Of a DNA stretch of 42,779 nt, positions 22,591 to 35,097 are shown in pieces. The DNA comes from Polymyxa betae A26-41 (lineage: Eukaryota > Protista > Endomyxa: Phytomyxea), in the NCBI GenBank assembly GCA_003693705.1, contig RBZT01000847.1:1-42779 (forward strand). Direction: 5' to 3'. The notes under the pieces are model-generated. The model was not told the DNA's origin, made no database searches, and saw only the letters and a program-made list of their open reading frames with translations. Position 1 is the stretch's first letter. Each line of letters begins with the position of its first letter. The translations under genes were made by a program, and so were the position numbers.

Positions 22591-23611
22591 TCAATTCTTG
22601 ATGAGGTTATAAATATTTTTGGAGAGTTTTGGGGATATTTTTGGAACTTGGGAGTTTAGACAATTTCTGGGACAAATTATCGACGGGTCTTCGGTATGGG
22701 GCAGCAAAATGCGAATGGTGAAGAGTCCAACAAAGAAAGGAAAAGCATTCAGTTTATGATGGAAGATACGATGTTTTTTCCCTGTCATCTGCCTTTGTTT
22801 TCGTTCTTTCAGTTTCTCACAGACGTCCTTTCCATTACAGCGATTTTTGTGGAAGCTCCTTACAGGTAGGGTTTTGTGCTTCTCGGCGAACACGGCCACG
22901 TCCTTGCCACAATGATTGTCATAACATTGCAGCATTGCAGATAACGATAATTTCACGTCGTACAGCTTATAATTAGTGTGGTGAAGTCGTTTATAGGGCC
23001 GCAAACGTTCATTGAGCTTGATAATCAGCCTGATTTTGTGCTCATCAATATTGTGAAGAATCAGCTTTGTAGGATTCACTTCTAGATCCGGAATCACCTC
23101 GGAATATTTCCATTTCTGAAAATGAGCTTCGCACTGAGCTTCAATACATTCGACAATCTTGGAGATTTCCGCCTCGGAAGGCTCCCGTTCTGATCACGAT
23201 TTGACATTATCATTCGATGGATTTTGTTATTTTCATACCTTGAGAAAGACGGGAACTTTCCGCATTAATTACGCGATTATCTTCAATGATATCGCTGGCG
23301 TCATTCTCTCCATCTTTCATACAAGTCTCCTGGTTGTTTTCGATTTCAAATCGGGAGTCCAAAGTCCCCATATTAACACGATTGCTGTTATCAAAGGTCC
23401 TATCTAAACCCGATTCATTCGAAGTCCGAACCAATGCCGATTCAGGAAACGTTTCCAGCATGATCGATTCGAAGTCCGCAGGCAACATTACGACAGATAA
23501 TAGCTCGGCATAGGGTTTGAAGCCGACTCGAGAGCGAAACCGTCTACGAGCGGACCCTGCTGCTGTTACGCCGACCGTGACGGACAGGGCCAGTATGCCC
23601 AGCAGCTTCAT
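22591..23611 (-). CDS. Putative secreted protein, ~323 aa, 2 exons (23611-23239, 23189-22591)
   Basis: Signal peptide MKLLGILALSVTVGVTAAG followed by RRRFRSR; 49-nt phase-1 intron; paired Cys motifs CIEAQC and CYDNHC. Confidence 0.65.
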
Positions 23612-23974
23612 GGGTTTGCGAGGGCTTTGGGAATGTCGTTCAAAAATCCGAAATGGAGCGAGATCCGATGTGCTACTGCCATATATTGAGCACGCTCTAA
23701 TTATAAATCTCACGAACACATTGTCTACTCGCTAAAACATTCTGTTTGTTTCGATTACAGACTCCCAGTAGACCATTCGGACATGATCAGCTCATTCCGA
23801 TGCGAATATCACAGGGTCGAACACTCGCGAAACCATCCACCTGCAGGGGCTAGCGCGGCGTCTCGGCTCGGCGATTCCCTCGCTCATTCACCAACCACTC
23901 TCGATGGGGAAGTCGCCCCATGACCCCAATATGGGCGGGGGCCGTCACAGAGACAAATCGATCCGGGGAAGGCC

Positions 23975-25738
23975 GTGCTGGCGGCCTCGTTCATTCTCGC
24001 CGCCGCCTTCGCCCCGATGTTCGCCGCGGATCTGTATTTCGGTGCGCAGCAGATCGTGGCCGTGGCGTACATGCCCATCTGCCTGCTGATGTTCCATCGG
24101 AGGCGGCATCGTTTCCCCATACAAGGATGGGATTCGGTATCGATGATGGCGGCCGGCGTCGCCTCGTTCGTCACGATCGTGGCGGGCGCCTCCCGCCATG
24201 TCGAGATCGGCCTCGTGCTGTCGGCGGCGTCCGTGGCCGTCGATGCCCTGCTCCTGCAGGGCGCCGTCCTGTACGCCAAGGCCGCGCTCAGTCACGATCG
24301 GGTCGGGCTGGCCCGCGTCCAGAGCCGCCATCCCGTGTCCGCCTACAGCGACGCCGCCGCCCCGATGAAGAGCGCCCGACCCGATCCCGACCCGAATTTC
24401 AGCCTGCAGTCGAAACTCGACCAGATCTGGCTGCTGCGGCAGATTCTGACGCCGCGCGCCGCCGTCATCGTACTGGCCCTGAACCTGGGCCTGCGACTGA
24501 CCGCCGTTATCCTGCTCTGGTCACATTACCCGGTCCTGCGGGAGACTTCCGCATATCAATGCACGACGACGCCCTGCCTGCTGATGGTCAGCGTCGTCAG
24601 CGGCGAAGTCGTCGTCATACTGGCCCTCGTCGTGGTTCTGGTCTGGCGCATCCGGCTGCTGGCCGATCGGTACGGGGTCCGCAGCGGCCTGCAGGCGCTG
24701 CTGGGCGCCAGTATCGGGTCCTGGAGCCTGTACGCCGCCCTGGCCGAGAGTGCGTGGCGCGCCGAATTCGATCCGGCGCTGCAGGCGCTGCTGATCGGCC
24801 AGCACGCCGTGTTCCTGCTCGGGATCGTGCGGCCCCTGGTCGAGACGTACCGTCCCGTCTACCAGTCATTCCAGGTCACGAATGGCACCATGATGGACAT
24901 GTTCCTGGTGACGCCGCGCCATTTCAAGGCGTTCCGCGATTATCTGGAGTCAGAATTCTCGGTATCGCTTTTAGGGTTTGAGGGTTTAAGGTTTTTTTCG
25001 TTACATCCCGTTTGACGCTTGTTACTCACTTATGAAGACGTATCCAGTCCGATTTATTTATTGTTGAAATTTTGACAATAAATAAATCGGACTGGATACG
25101 TCAAAATCTTCGCTTAGTGTGCTGGGTTTGTGTTGATTTTCTGTTTTAATGCTTTCTTATGTCGTTACTCGACGTTGTTTTTGCATGATATTTAAACATG
25201 TTTGACCAGGTTGAGAATCTTTTATTCTGGAGGGCCGCTCTGGAGTATCATATGGCCTGTGTACGTATAATGACGCCGTGGACCAATACTCAGCAGCTCG
25301 CCGATCTCTCCGCCGAGCTCCATCTGCATCAGGCGCACCCGGATTTCAACGTTGCCGACCGTCTGCGTCTGGATGCGATCAGCATCTATCGCACGTATAT
25401 CGTCGACGGATCGCCCTGTCAGGTCGGTAACATCATCATTACGTTACCGTAACGATGACTCCGGGTAGATCAACATCCCTTCCGAGATTTCTTCGAAACT
25501 GGCCGAAACCGTTGCTGGCATTGAACAGGGCGGCGCAGCAGTCGTACTGGACCCGAATATGTTCGAGGAAGCCCGCTTCGAGATTGTCCAGTTGATGTCT
25601 CATGATTCGCTGCTGCGCTTCCGGGAGACGCTCCGAGGTCGGCGGCTCTGGGAGCGATTCTTGGTGGGTTCGCGCCCGCCTTCGCCCAGCGAGTCGAAAA
25701 TGTCGAATTCGCTGTCATCAGTAAATGTGAAGGTGTAA
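23975..25738 (+). CDS. 7TM-RGS (seven-transmembrane regulator of G-protein signalling); 5' end uncertain; introns 24962-25210 and 25423-25469
   Basis: About 7-8 hydrophobic helices, then FKAFRDYLESEFS|VENLLFW..IYRTYIVDGSPCQ|INIP..FEEARFEIVQLMSHDSLLRF, a canonical RGS domain. Confidence 0.88.
25037..25102. repeat. Perfect 28-bp inverted repeat (hairpin) within the RGS intron
   Basis: gacgtatccagtccgatttatttattgt (25037-25064), 10-nt loop, acaataaataaatcggactggatacgtc (25075-25102). Confidence 0.95.
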
Positions 25739-25917
25739 TGAGAACAGCTCGTTGAACTGTTGATTAAACCTGTATTATTATATGACGACTTCTCTAATTC
25801 AATAACTAAATGAGAATCAAATGATATTTACTAAAATGGATTCAGTCAATGAACAGAGGTGCTCTATTGCAGAGCAGGATGATTAGTTCTGGGCGGCGGT
25901 TGCTGTTATGGATTCAA

Positions 25918-28900
25918 TCAATGGACCGAGGCGGTTTTCCTTTGAAAGAACTGGGTGATAGTTGCAGTTTGCGGTCCAGTAGGTTTCGGAGGTGGTGGCG
26001 GCGCCAAAATCGCATCAAGGACGTCGTTGATGACGATTCGGCTACGATCCAGTAGTTCGGAGCGCTCTTCTTCGTTCAGGGCATGAATAGCATCTGGAAC
26101 ATAAACAGGACCAACAATGCGAAGCGACGAATTTGTAGTCTCAGGGAGATTGGCGGCGATATCCAATTCTTCAGGATCTAACCATCCGTCCTCCTCCAAC
26201 CCGTCACGACGTCGCGAACCTTTGATGGAAAATGAAGTGAGACAGGTGACTCAGGAATTCCAGAAATAATGCAAAGATTAAAAAGAATTGCACAGCCTCA
26301 AGTAGATCATCAAACTGCAAAACAAATTTATATTTTGAATTGAGAAAAAAAAATTATAAAACGTTGCTTTGCTTTAACAAATTGGATGCCAAAACAAGAG
26401 GAAGAAACCCAAGGGAACATACGACATAAAAATCGATGTAGAATCTTTTTGAAATAGAAAGGAAGTGAATAGGAGAATAAACTGGAAACGAAAAGTCCAA
26501 AAAACGCGTGCTAACATTCTGGATCGACTTCATCTTCACTTTCGTCGTCGCTACTGCCATCGACATCTTCGCCCTCTTCTCCATCCTCCCACTCGTCATC
26601 CGAGTCCACTATAAGACATCAATCAGTACAAACACGAGAAGGTCATGAGTACGGCGTAAACAGCTAAAAAAGATTGAATACAGGTGTAGAATAAAGCGGG
26701 ATCGCGACCAAAAGGACACCGCGGGCGGACGAAACAGCTTCGCTTCCGGAACACAGAGAAATAAGGTGGCCGAACTTCAGTGTGGAATTGAAGTAGTTTC
26801 TTGCGAATTCCAAGGCGAAAAGAAGGCCGCCTTGACCTTAAGGAGATGAGATCGGTTATTTCCTCTTCGGGTCGGTCAAACAGTTGTAAATCAGCATCAC
26901 AAACTTCGCCTCCCGGTAAGGTTGGCGCCATCGTAGTATTAGCCGGGATGTAAAAAGGCATAAATCGGCGAATGCGGGATGTGGGCACTAAATAAACGAA
27001 ATCAGCGCGGGTGAAGTACAGAGAAAGTATGTCAGATGAGGATGAGCGAGACGAAAGGAAGACGCGTTCCTAAACCAGAAAAGCAGAGCAAGATTACTGC
27101 TCGATAATTATACTAACTTTCTAATTTGACAGGATGTACTGGAGAACTCAGAAACCCGGCCATAAATTGGGCCTCTTTTGACATCTGGACACCAGAAAAA
27201 TATCAGTAAAAGGATAAACAATAACAGAAACTGTGTAAACAAAAAACATTAGTAAAAGGATAAAAAATCATAGAACATGTGAAAAACAGTGAGTGACTGT
27301 AGTGATTGGAAAAAAGCGATATCGACCTTGTTTTCTTGTTGCTTCAGCTTGCGGGATGGAGTTTGAGAAGCCTTAGCAGATTTATCGACTTGTTTTTGCT
27401 GCCGTTTTTCAGCTTGCAGACGTTCAGCATCACGGGTAGATTGATTTGCTGCGATTTTTTGCTCCAGCTCGGAGACCAGACGCTCCTACAACAGACATCA
27501 GTTTAGAGAGAAGACTACAAGGTTTTGAGCGAAGAATGAAAAAAGTCTTATATATTCATAAACAGCAACCATAACCTCGATTCTTCGAAACAGAGATAAG
27601 AAACCGCATCGAGAACGGCATAATTTTCAATAGAAAAGAAAGGGTCAGAAAAGTCGACTTACGGTTTCATCATTGAAACGAAGCAATTTCAGTCGAGCAT
27701 CGGCTTTTCGAGCCTGAGCAGTTCGCACACCTTCGTCTCGAACTTGCATCAACTTCTTCATAACGCCTTCAATAGCGCGTTCCCGGAAGACCCATTTCCG
27801 TAGTTCAGCTGAAGCCATTAATCATTAAACCATACAATAATTTCATGGAGAGACGAACGAAACATTTAGCGACAAACAATTGCATACTGCGTCGACCAAT
27901 TACAGAGAAATACCTTGAAGACAAAATAGACGAGATTAACATTATAAAATCCAGTTGCTCTGGCACAAAAACAGCTAAGCAACACAACAGACCAGGAATT
28001 AAGTCCTTCTGTAGTACTTCCCATCGCCAACGATACTTGGATTCGTCATTCTCATTGAGATCGCCGACGACATTCTTCTTATTGACTTTGACACCATAAG
28101 CCTTGCGATCGGCAATCTTGATAACTGTATCGCAAACAACATCGCTAGGCCAAGCCTTATTGATCATTTCCGAAATATGATCCTAATTTCACTATCAGCG
28201 GATGAAAGTAAGCCTAAAGGTGAACAGTTCAAACAATTCAAAATCGCCCAAACATAGGCAGAACCATCAGTGCAGTTTGCAAAAGTGGAAAACAGCATTA
28301 AGGCAAATCAAAAGGCTTAATTTTGCAAGTGATTTTCAATGCAGCTTACCTGAAGCTGGTTCAAGGTCAGGGTTGAACCTTCTATGATACAAGCGAACAA
28401 TGGATTGTGATCAAATGAAGGAGCGGGTCCGAGAGTCTCGGCACTCGCAGATGAGAGCGCAGCGAGACCATTTCTAACTACATCGCTTGCTAACAGGGCC
28501 GACCGTAATTCCACAAACGAATCGCGAGGTGGAGCATCGCACATTGCTTGTAGGGCCCCTGTAAACTGGGCCGTCTGGCTATCATAGAACTATACCAATG
28601 TAATCAGAGACAATAAGGTGAGAAAGGTTTCCAGCTTAATATTAGATCTAAGCATATCTCAAACGAAACCGATAAAAGCTCGAAACGGTATGCTGAATAA
28701 CGAGGAAAGCTTCAAGATACTATGACGAATGCCGAGTAAGCTTTTGATGATTTGTAAAGACCTTTTCAAGCTCAGGATCGATAACAGTTGCTTCAACGAC
28801 CGGTGGTCGTTTAACAACGGCCCCTCCAGGCCCACATTCCACACCATTAGCTTCGAGGCATGGTTTCTTGACGGCCGGAGCCGGTACAGCGACAGCGGCG

Positions 28901-28962
28901 TCAGGTTCAGCTGGCCGCTTCGAAGGAGGCGCCGGCATTGCGACCTCGAGTTGCTGCGTCAT
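25918..28962 (-). CDS. CHAF1A: Chromatin assembly factor 1 large subunit (CHAF1A/Cac1/FAS1-like), multi-exon
   Basis: KLLQFHTEVRPPYF..RPRCPFGRDPALFYT|LDSDDEWEDGEEGED..EEDGWL (CAF1A acidic region). K/E/R-rich coil followed by PIP-like AQFMAGFL. N-terminal ADRKAYG..RWRWEV block resembles plant FAS1. Confidence 0.85.
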
Positions 28963-29701
28963 ATCGAAATGTCGATAGAGGCTGGAGCGCAATTATTCAA
29001 AGACACTGCCAGCTACTCCCATCAAGGCAATGATGACCAAGCCACCCTGGTCGGCAAAGCAAACAGATCATCACGCATGGATATACAGGGGCCTTTGATC
29101 TCGTGAATCGCACAGGCTTGAATACAGCAAGATCCCAGAACTTGGACAGCTTTTGTTGGCGTTGTTCTCGGATCTCTAGATTTCGATATCTGCAATGGAT
29201 ATCTCTGAATGCAAACCCTGACAAATTCGTGATGAAATGGCTGTTAAAGAATTTGTGGTTTTGTATTGAGACAAGTCTTGGTTGGGTTCATCGATCGAAA
29301 CGCAGCTGTCGTGTACAAACGTAATCCAGAATCAGTGAACGCTAACTATTATCCAACAGTAAAGTTGATGGGAAATCTGACCTCTGCCTAATTTTCAGGG
29401 TTTGCCTTGAAAAACTGTGTATAACCGAAACCGTTAGTTGAAGATTTCAAATGATAAAATGCATAAGATGCGCTTGCTTTTGCTTTTCAAACAACGACCA
29501 ACAGACTGTATTGATTAATAAACGCTTTAGCATTTCACATCACAAACACTGGGCTTTCCTGGGCGTACCTCTCAACTCTAACAGCCAACTCTCCAGGATC
29601 TGTTGACAGCTTGAAATTCGCAGCAAAATTTGCCGTCCCTAAGATCGATCGAATTTATGAGAGCGCGGTTTGTTCAAAACTTTTTTAACTGCAAGCTTTC
29701 A

Positions 29702-32700
29702 TCAAAGGGAAGCTATTCTTTGGTCTGGATAGCGGGTTGAGGTAGGAGTTGTTTGCATCCATGGCGCCGTCAGCGCCTGATCGATCGTATAGCGCTTAGA
29801 AGGATCCGGGTTCAACAGCTGACGAACGAAATGCTTGGCTTCTTCCGAGATCTGCTTCCAAACAGGATCTGTCATTGGCACCTGCCATCTCAACGCCTAT
29901 ATTGAAATATCAGACAATGTATCAACGTTTAATCGTAAATAGAATAGCCAAAAAAGCAATGAGAGAAAAAAGCAGTACAAAAGACGACCTTTTCGAGAGC
30001 GCTTCTATCGGCATCAGCAAATGGTAGTCGGTTTCTCAACATGGCATATGCGATCACTCCAACGCTCCAGAGATCGACCTCGTGACCGTAAGGTCGCGCT
30101 TGAAGCACTTCTGGAGCAACATAAGCCAATGTCCCACAGCGCTGTCGCAGAGTCTCGTCGGGAGCAATAAATTTGCTCAAACCGAAATCAACCAGCTGTC
30201 ACAATATCAATTAAACCCTTGATGATGCAATGCTAAAAAGACGACATTACCGTAATTCTGAAATCTGTCAAGTCCTCTGAAACCATCATGATATTTTCTG
30301 GTTTTAAGTCCCTGACAGAAGCGACGATCAGAGCCCAGTCAGGCCCAAGCGATGGGTTGGAATCCACCTGTGAATGATGCCGCGTTCGTGTAGGTATTTG
30401 AGCGCCAGCAAAATCTGTTTGGTGACGATCTTGGCCGCTGGCTCGGGGAATCTGCCTACCGCCTTAATTCTGTCGAACAATTCGCCTCCTAAACGATGCA
30501 TGAGATTAAGCAAAGCAAAACACCCAAAGCCAGATTATTAAACACAGAAAGTTCCAAAAGAATGGCAACTTTTGATTGAAATAAGATCATCATCAAAATA
30601 CGCCAAACCTGAAATAAGCGTCATGAGAATAAAAATTTGCGTTTTTGTCTCGAACACATTCTTCAGGTGGACGATATTTGGATGATGAACATACTGGAGG
30701 ACAGCGATCTCAGTACGCAATGCATCCAAATCACGCGGATCGACGCCTATCCAATCGTTATTGTCTAAGTTCAGGTCGTACAAGACAGTGACCCACCCTT
30801 TTTCTCGATGATCTTTACCGCATATCGGTCACCGGTCGTCTTGCGTGTGCAAACGAAAACGTTCGAGAATCGCCCGACGCCAATCCGCGCCCCGATATCG
30901 TAGTATTCCTGTGCAAGCAACTCAGAGGACCAGTACGGCATGGGCATCTGTTACATGACGCACCTCGAGACGAAACTGTCGAGCGGCGAACTGAATCGAT
31001 TGCAGCCAACGCTGCTGAGAGGCCTGGTCTTCACAGAAAAGCTGCCGAACGACATTGCTGATGGGTGAGTTGATCTCGAGACCATAATGGCCGCCAGAGA
31101 TGACGGGATCGGCATAACAACCCTCAAGACAGATGACGCTGATCGGTTGCGTGTCGGTCTGCGATGCGAAAAGGTAGAGGAAGTTGTCTCGTAGCACGAC
31201 CCAGCGATTATGGCCGACGATTGGAAAGAATCGTGACTTCTTATTCAGCCATCCCTCCATATAGCCCAACGAGCCATTCCTAAGAACATATCGTTAGAGC
31301 GCTAAAAGAAAAAATGCAACTGCAGAGCGTAATAGTACAAACACAGATCAAGATAAAGGACTTACATCTCGCCAATGAAGGGCTCTGTCTGTTGCCGTAA
31401 AAAGGAACTATCACTCAGATGAAAACCGTTCTGTTCGCTGTCGCCAGACCTGCAGACAAAGTTAAATCATCAGAAAGTAAGGAAATCGATTAGAAAACAA
31501 AAGCATTTTCCGTAAACAAAAAATTATACCCAGAGAAAAGTTCATTCCGCAGTCGACTTTGCATAGGAGAAGCTTGAATCTCGAGATCGCGGGATTGGTC
31601 GGTATCGGATTCTTCAAATGACAACGTCGTTGCCTTAAAGGAGCCGGATATTGCCTCTTCTCTGGCGGCTTTCTCGCTGATCCCATCCGGGCCGGCTTGT
31701 TGTGGTGTCGGCGTATGCATGATCTGGGCAATCACACTTAATATTGTAAAAAAGTCATTCAAAAAACTGCCCAAACTACCTTATCGAAGGTCATGCGATT
31801 CTGCGACGAAACCGTCGCTTGATGTCTTGTGCGACGCTCGCGAATCAGAAATTCGATAATATCCAAGACTTCCGGATTATCGAGGACCTGATGATAAGGG
31901 CAGTTAAGCGTCGAAGCTGCAGGCAGAAGCATGACATACCCAGCGTTTGAATTCGTCTTTGGTAAGAGCATCGTCAGTTTTATCTCTGAAAGCGTCATCT
32001 ACGAGCCGCTTGACCTGACAGAAGTGTTCAGCACTGAATAATGTACAGAATATACAAATATTACAACAAAAAGTACATTACTCTATCTCAAATGTCTTTC
32101 AGAGAAAAAATATAAAACGTGGTAAAGCAGTACAGCATTGAAATCAGGAAAAAGAGGCCCAGACAGAGGTACAAGTATTCAAAAACAGATGGATGCAAAA
32201 AAGTTTACTTTTTTGTCGATGAATTGAGTGACATTATCAGGAATTCGAAAGGGATCCGCTGCCGAAGTTACGATCAAATATCCTCCATAAATAACCGAAT
32301 TTAGGACTGTGGATAGCTCCTGGCGGGAGATCGAGCCGTGATTGCCAACGTCGTATAAGCAAAATAAGAATGAAATCTGAAATCAGATATCATGAGCGCG
32401 ATCGAAAAATAATCTGTTCAAAAAAAGTCGAACATTTTTACAAAGACGAAATTGAAAGTGTTGTTTAAACTTGGATAAAAGGAAGCATGCTTTTCCATGA
32501 AAATTACAACAAACGAGCGAGTCTCCATGAAAAGAAAAGCAAGATATTCAAAACAGAAAATCGGAAAATATGTGTGAAGAAAATCTATGATGATGCCAAA
32601 CTAGCTTCACCTTTTCATCCAAATCGCCTCGAATAAAGGCCCCGAGCCCACCAATGAACTCGTCATAGTCGATAGATCCGTTTCTATGCTGATCGAATAC

Positions 32701-33108
32701 CGCAAAGAGCCTCTCACCCAGGATGCCTGGCATCTGGAAGAGCTTCAAAAACGTGCCTTTGTCGATATATTTCCCATGGCTGCGCCCAGCGAGATCGAGA
32801 AACAGACGCCGCAGGGTATCGAGCTCGTACCGACTGACTGAATAATAGGCGTTCAGAAGTCGGTGGTAGCGTCGACCGCCAAGTTCGAAACCGTACATCG
32901 GTCGTAGAAGTGCTTCAGCTTCTGGTTTTTGGACTGTCGGGTTCCCATGGCGCTCCGGTTGCAACTTTAGTTCTGTTAGGTGCGAGAACCTGATACTCTC
33001 CGGCCGCGACAGATTCGTGATGAATCGGCGTCCTGGACGATTTCGTTTCAAATCGGTCGGTGCGCCAGCCACCACCGATTTGATCGGTTGAACGGCAGAA
33101 AATCCCAT
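29702..33108 (-). CDS. EF-hand (NCS/CBL-like) + PH domain + CAMK-type Ser/Thr kinase (CDPK7-like architecture), multi-exon
   Basis: DQHRNGSIDYDEF and DVGNHGSISRQE EF hands. PH domain MEGWLNKK..RWVVLRDNFLY..WLQSI. Kinase IGVGRFSNV, YAVK, HR|DLKPEN, DFG, CGTLAYVAPE, DLWSVG. Confidence 0.88.
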
Positions 33109-33449
33109 ATGTATTTTTAGCTAAGGAGTTTTTGGAGTTCTCCCTGCCACTCATTAATTTGAACTGGGCCGCGAGACCCTGGACAGCAATCTGGCCATCT
33201 CATCCTTTATAAGAAGGAAGAATTAGTGTTTAGGGGTGAGTTGAAGTCAAGAGATACAGAGTAATGATAATGCCCTAAATAGGACAAATTTTGATAAGTT
33301 GAAATTTTTGTTGTGCTTCTTCCCAATGTCGGTAAAGTTTATTGTTTTCTGAAAATATTCCTGGCATCCGATCATACCAAGGCAAGCTCCCAAACGGTAT
33401 ATTTCATGATCTTCTGGAAGACAGCGAATACAGCAAACTATCGTGAATA

Positions 33450-34359
33450 TTAAGCCAGAATACTTCCGAATTCTGTGAAGGCGAATGGCCGACTTTCTCG
33501 CAAAGCTTTGCATTCTGAATTGTCAACTCCTTTTAAGACCAAGGGTAGCTGGAGGTTGAACAGAAAACATGTATTGTTACATTTCAGGATTACTGCAAGG
33601 ACATGAATATTATTAAATTCACGATCGGCCTCGTTCTGGCAGTCCCCGATGTCAGAGCGGAATCCAAGATGGAGGATCGTAAATTGGATCATGATCGCAG
33701 TGGCTCGCCGTCCGTGCTAGCCCTCGATACCAGGTAGATGCAGTTCCTGATAGATCTCCATCATCCACCGGCACTCTCTGCAGATCGTGCCCTTTTGATG
33801 GAAGTGATGTTTGACCCTATGCAGGAGGTTAGTCCTCTTGGCATACATCGATCAAATTGTACTACCATCGTATCATACGGCTATAGATCTTATTTTGCTC
33901 TACAAAGACGAACAATAGGTGAACAATGTTAAATCTATGGGAAACTTTCTACAAAACGGCAAATGAAAAATCTCTTCTAAAACAAACCATAATGGAGTGA
34001 CAGCAGACATGGAATTTTGTAAAGCTAAGCGACTTTATGCATAAGGCCATCCAGTGCTTACTTTTCAGTTCAGCATAGTAGGTGAGGTAGAAGAACTGTG
34101 TCAGTGCATCGAGATTATGGCATGGATCTTGAACCATATGGATGAACACGGAAGCATGCAGATGATGCAGGCGACATTCAGGTACATGAATGCCTTCAAG
34201 GAATTGGTCGAACTGGGATCGTTGACGACTACTTAGACGTAGAACGCTGGGCCCATGGACGGCACAAGGTGCTGACATTGCAGGATGGATCGACAGCAGC
34301 GGCCAAAGAGAACAGGGAGCAGCGTCTAACACAGCAGGAATTACCTCACGAAAGTTCAT
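33450..34359 (-). CDS. Hypothetical multi-exon protein; 3' end uncertain
   Basis: ATG at 34359; GT-AG joins give ..TKFH|KVSHRF..IYSRMIRW|VKHHFHQ..; no confident domain. Confidence 0.45.
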
Positions 34360-35097
34360 TCGTTTGGCAGAAACTTATGCGATTTTTACCAAAGTCAAAT
34401 TCTGAAGGGCGACGCGGATGCTAGATAGCGATTATCGTTATTATAGAAAAAGTTAACATAGAGTCGCATTTTAAGAGATTGCGCGACTTGTGATTCGTGT
34501 GCTTCGCTTCGCAATTTTCTAAAATAGAACGTAGGATCAGTGTCATGAAGAAGGCGAGTCTAGCATCAGCCAAAAGTGCAGCATCAGTCCATAGCTGAGA
34601 TCAAGAGATCGATTAATGATGCAGAGAACCCCGGAAAGGTTCTCATATGATGTGAAGATTTCGACCCAGGGCAATAGCAGAGTCGATTTTTAATTGTAGA
34701 GTTTTCGAGTAGGCCATGCGCCCATCTAAGGTCAAATTGGTCTCGTTGGATGAAATTAGAGAATTACAACATCGTCATACAATTCACAAGATTTTCTTGA
34801 AGATTGGCTTGACGCTTTCCTGACAGTATTCGTTCGAACGTCATTTGGTTTGACCAAAAACGTTCAGCAATTCGTGAAAACGTTCGAACAAAGCTCATAA
34901 ACAGAAAGCCGCACGTCTTGCCATTTTAAATTTGCGGATGATACAGATGATGTTGCCCATACTTCGTTGCCTGATAGAACTTTTTCGTAAAGTAGGGTTT
35001 TAGGGTTCTTCGGTTATTTGATAGTGATTGCACACCTGTACTTAGTATGCAGTAGCGCAACCCGATGTTGTTCACTGCCGAGCCCATTCATCCCTGA

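Noticed and set aside
23920-24981. 353-aa Arg/Pro-rich overlapping ORF
   Set aside because: Frame-shifted shadow of the GC-rich 7TM-RGS exon.
31888-31915. Second CTGATGA resembling a hammerhead core
   Set aside because: No stem II/GAAA/UH arrangement; it is the antisense of a splice acceptor in the kinase gene.
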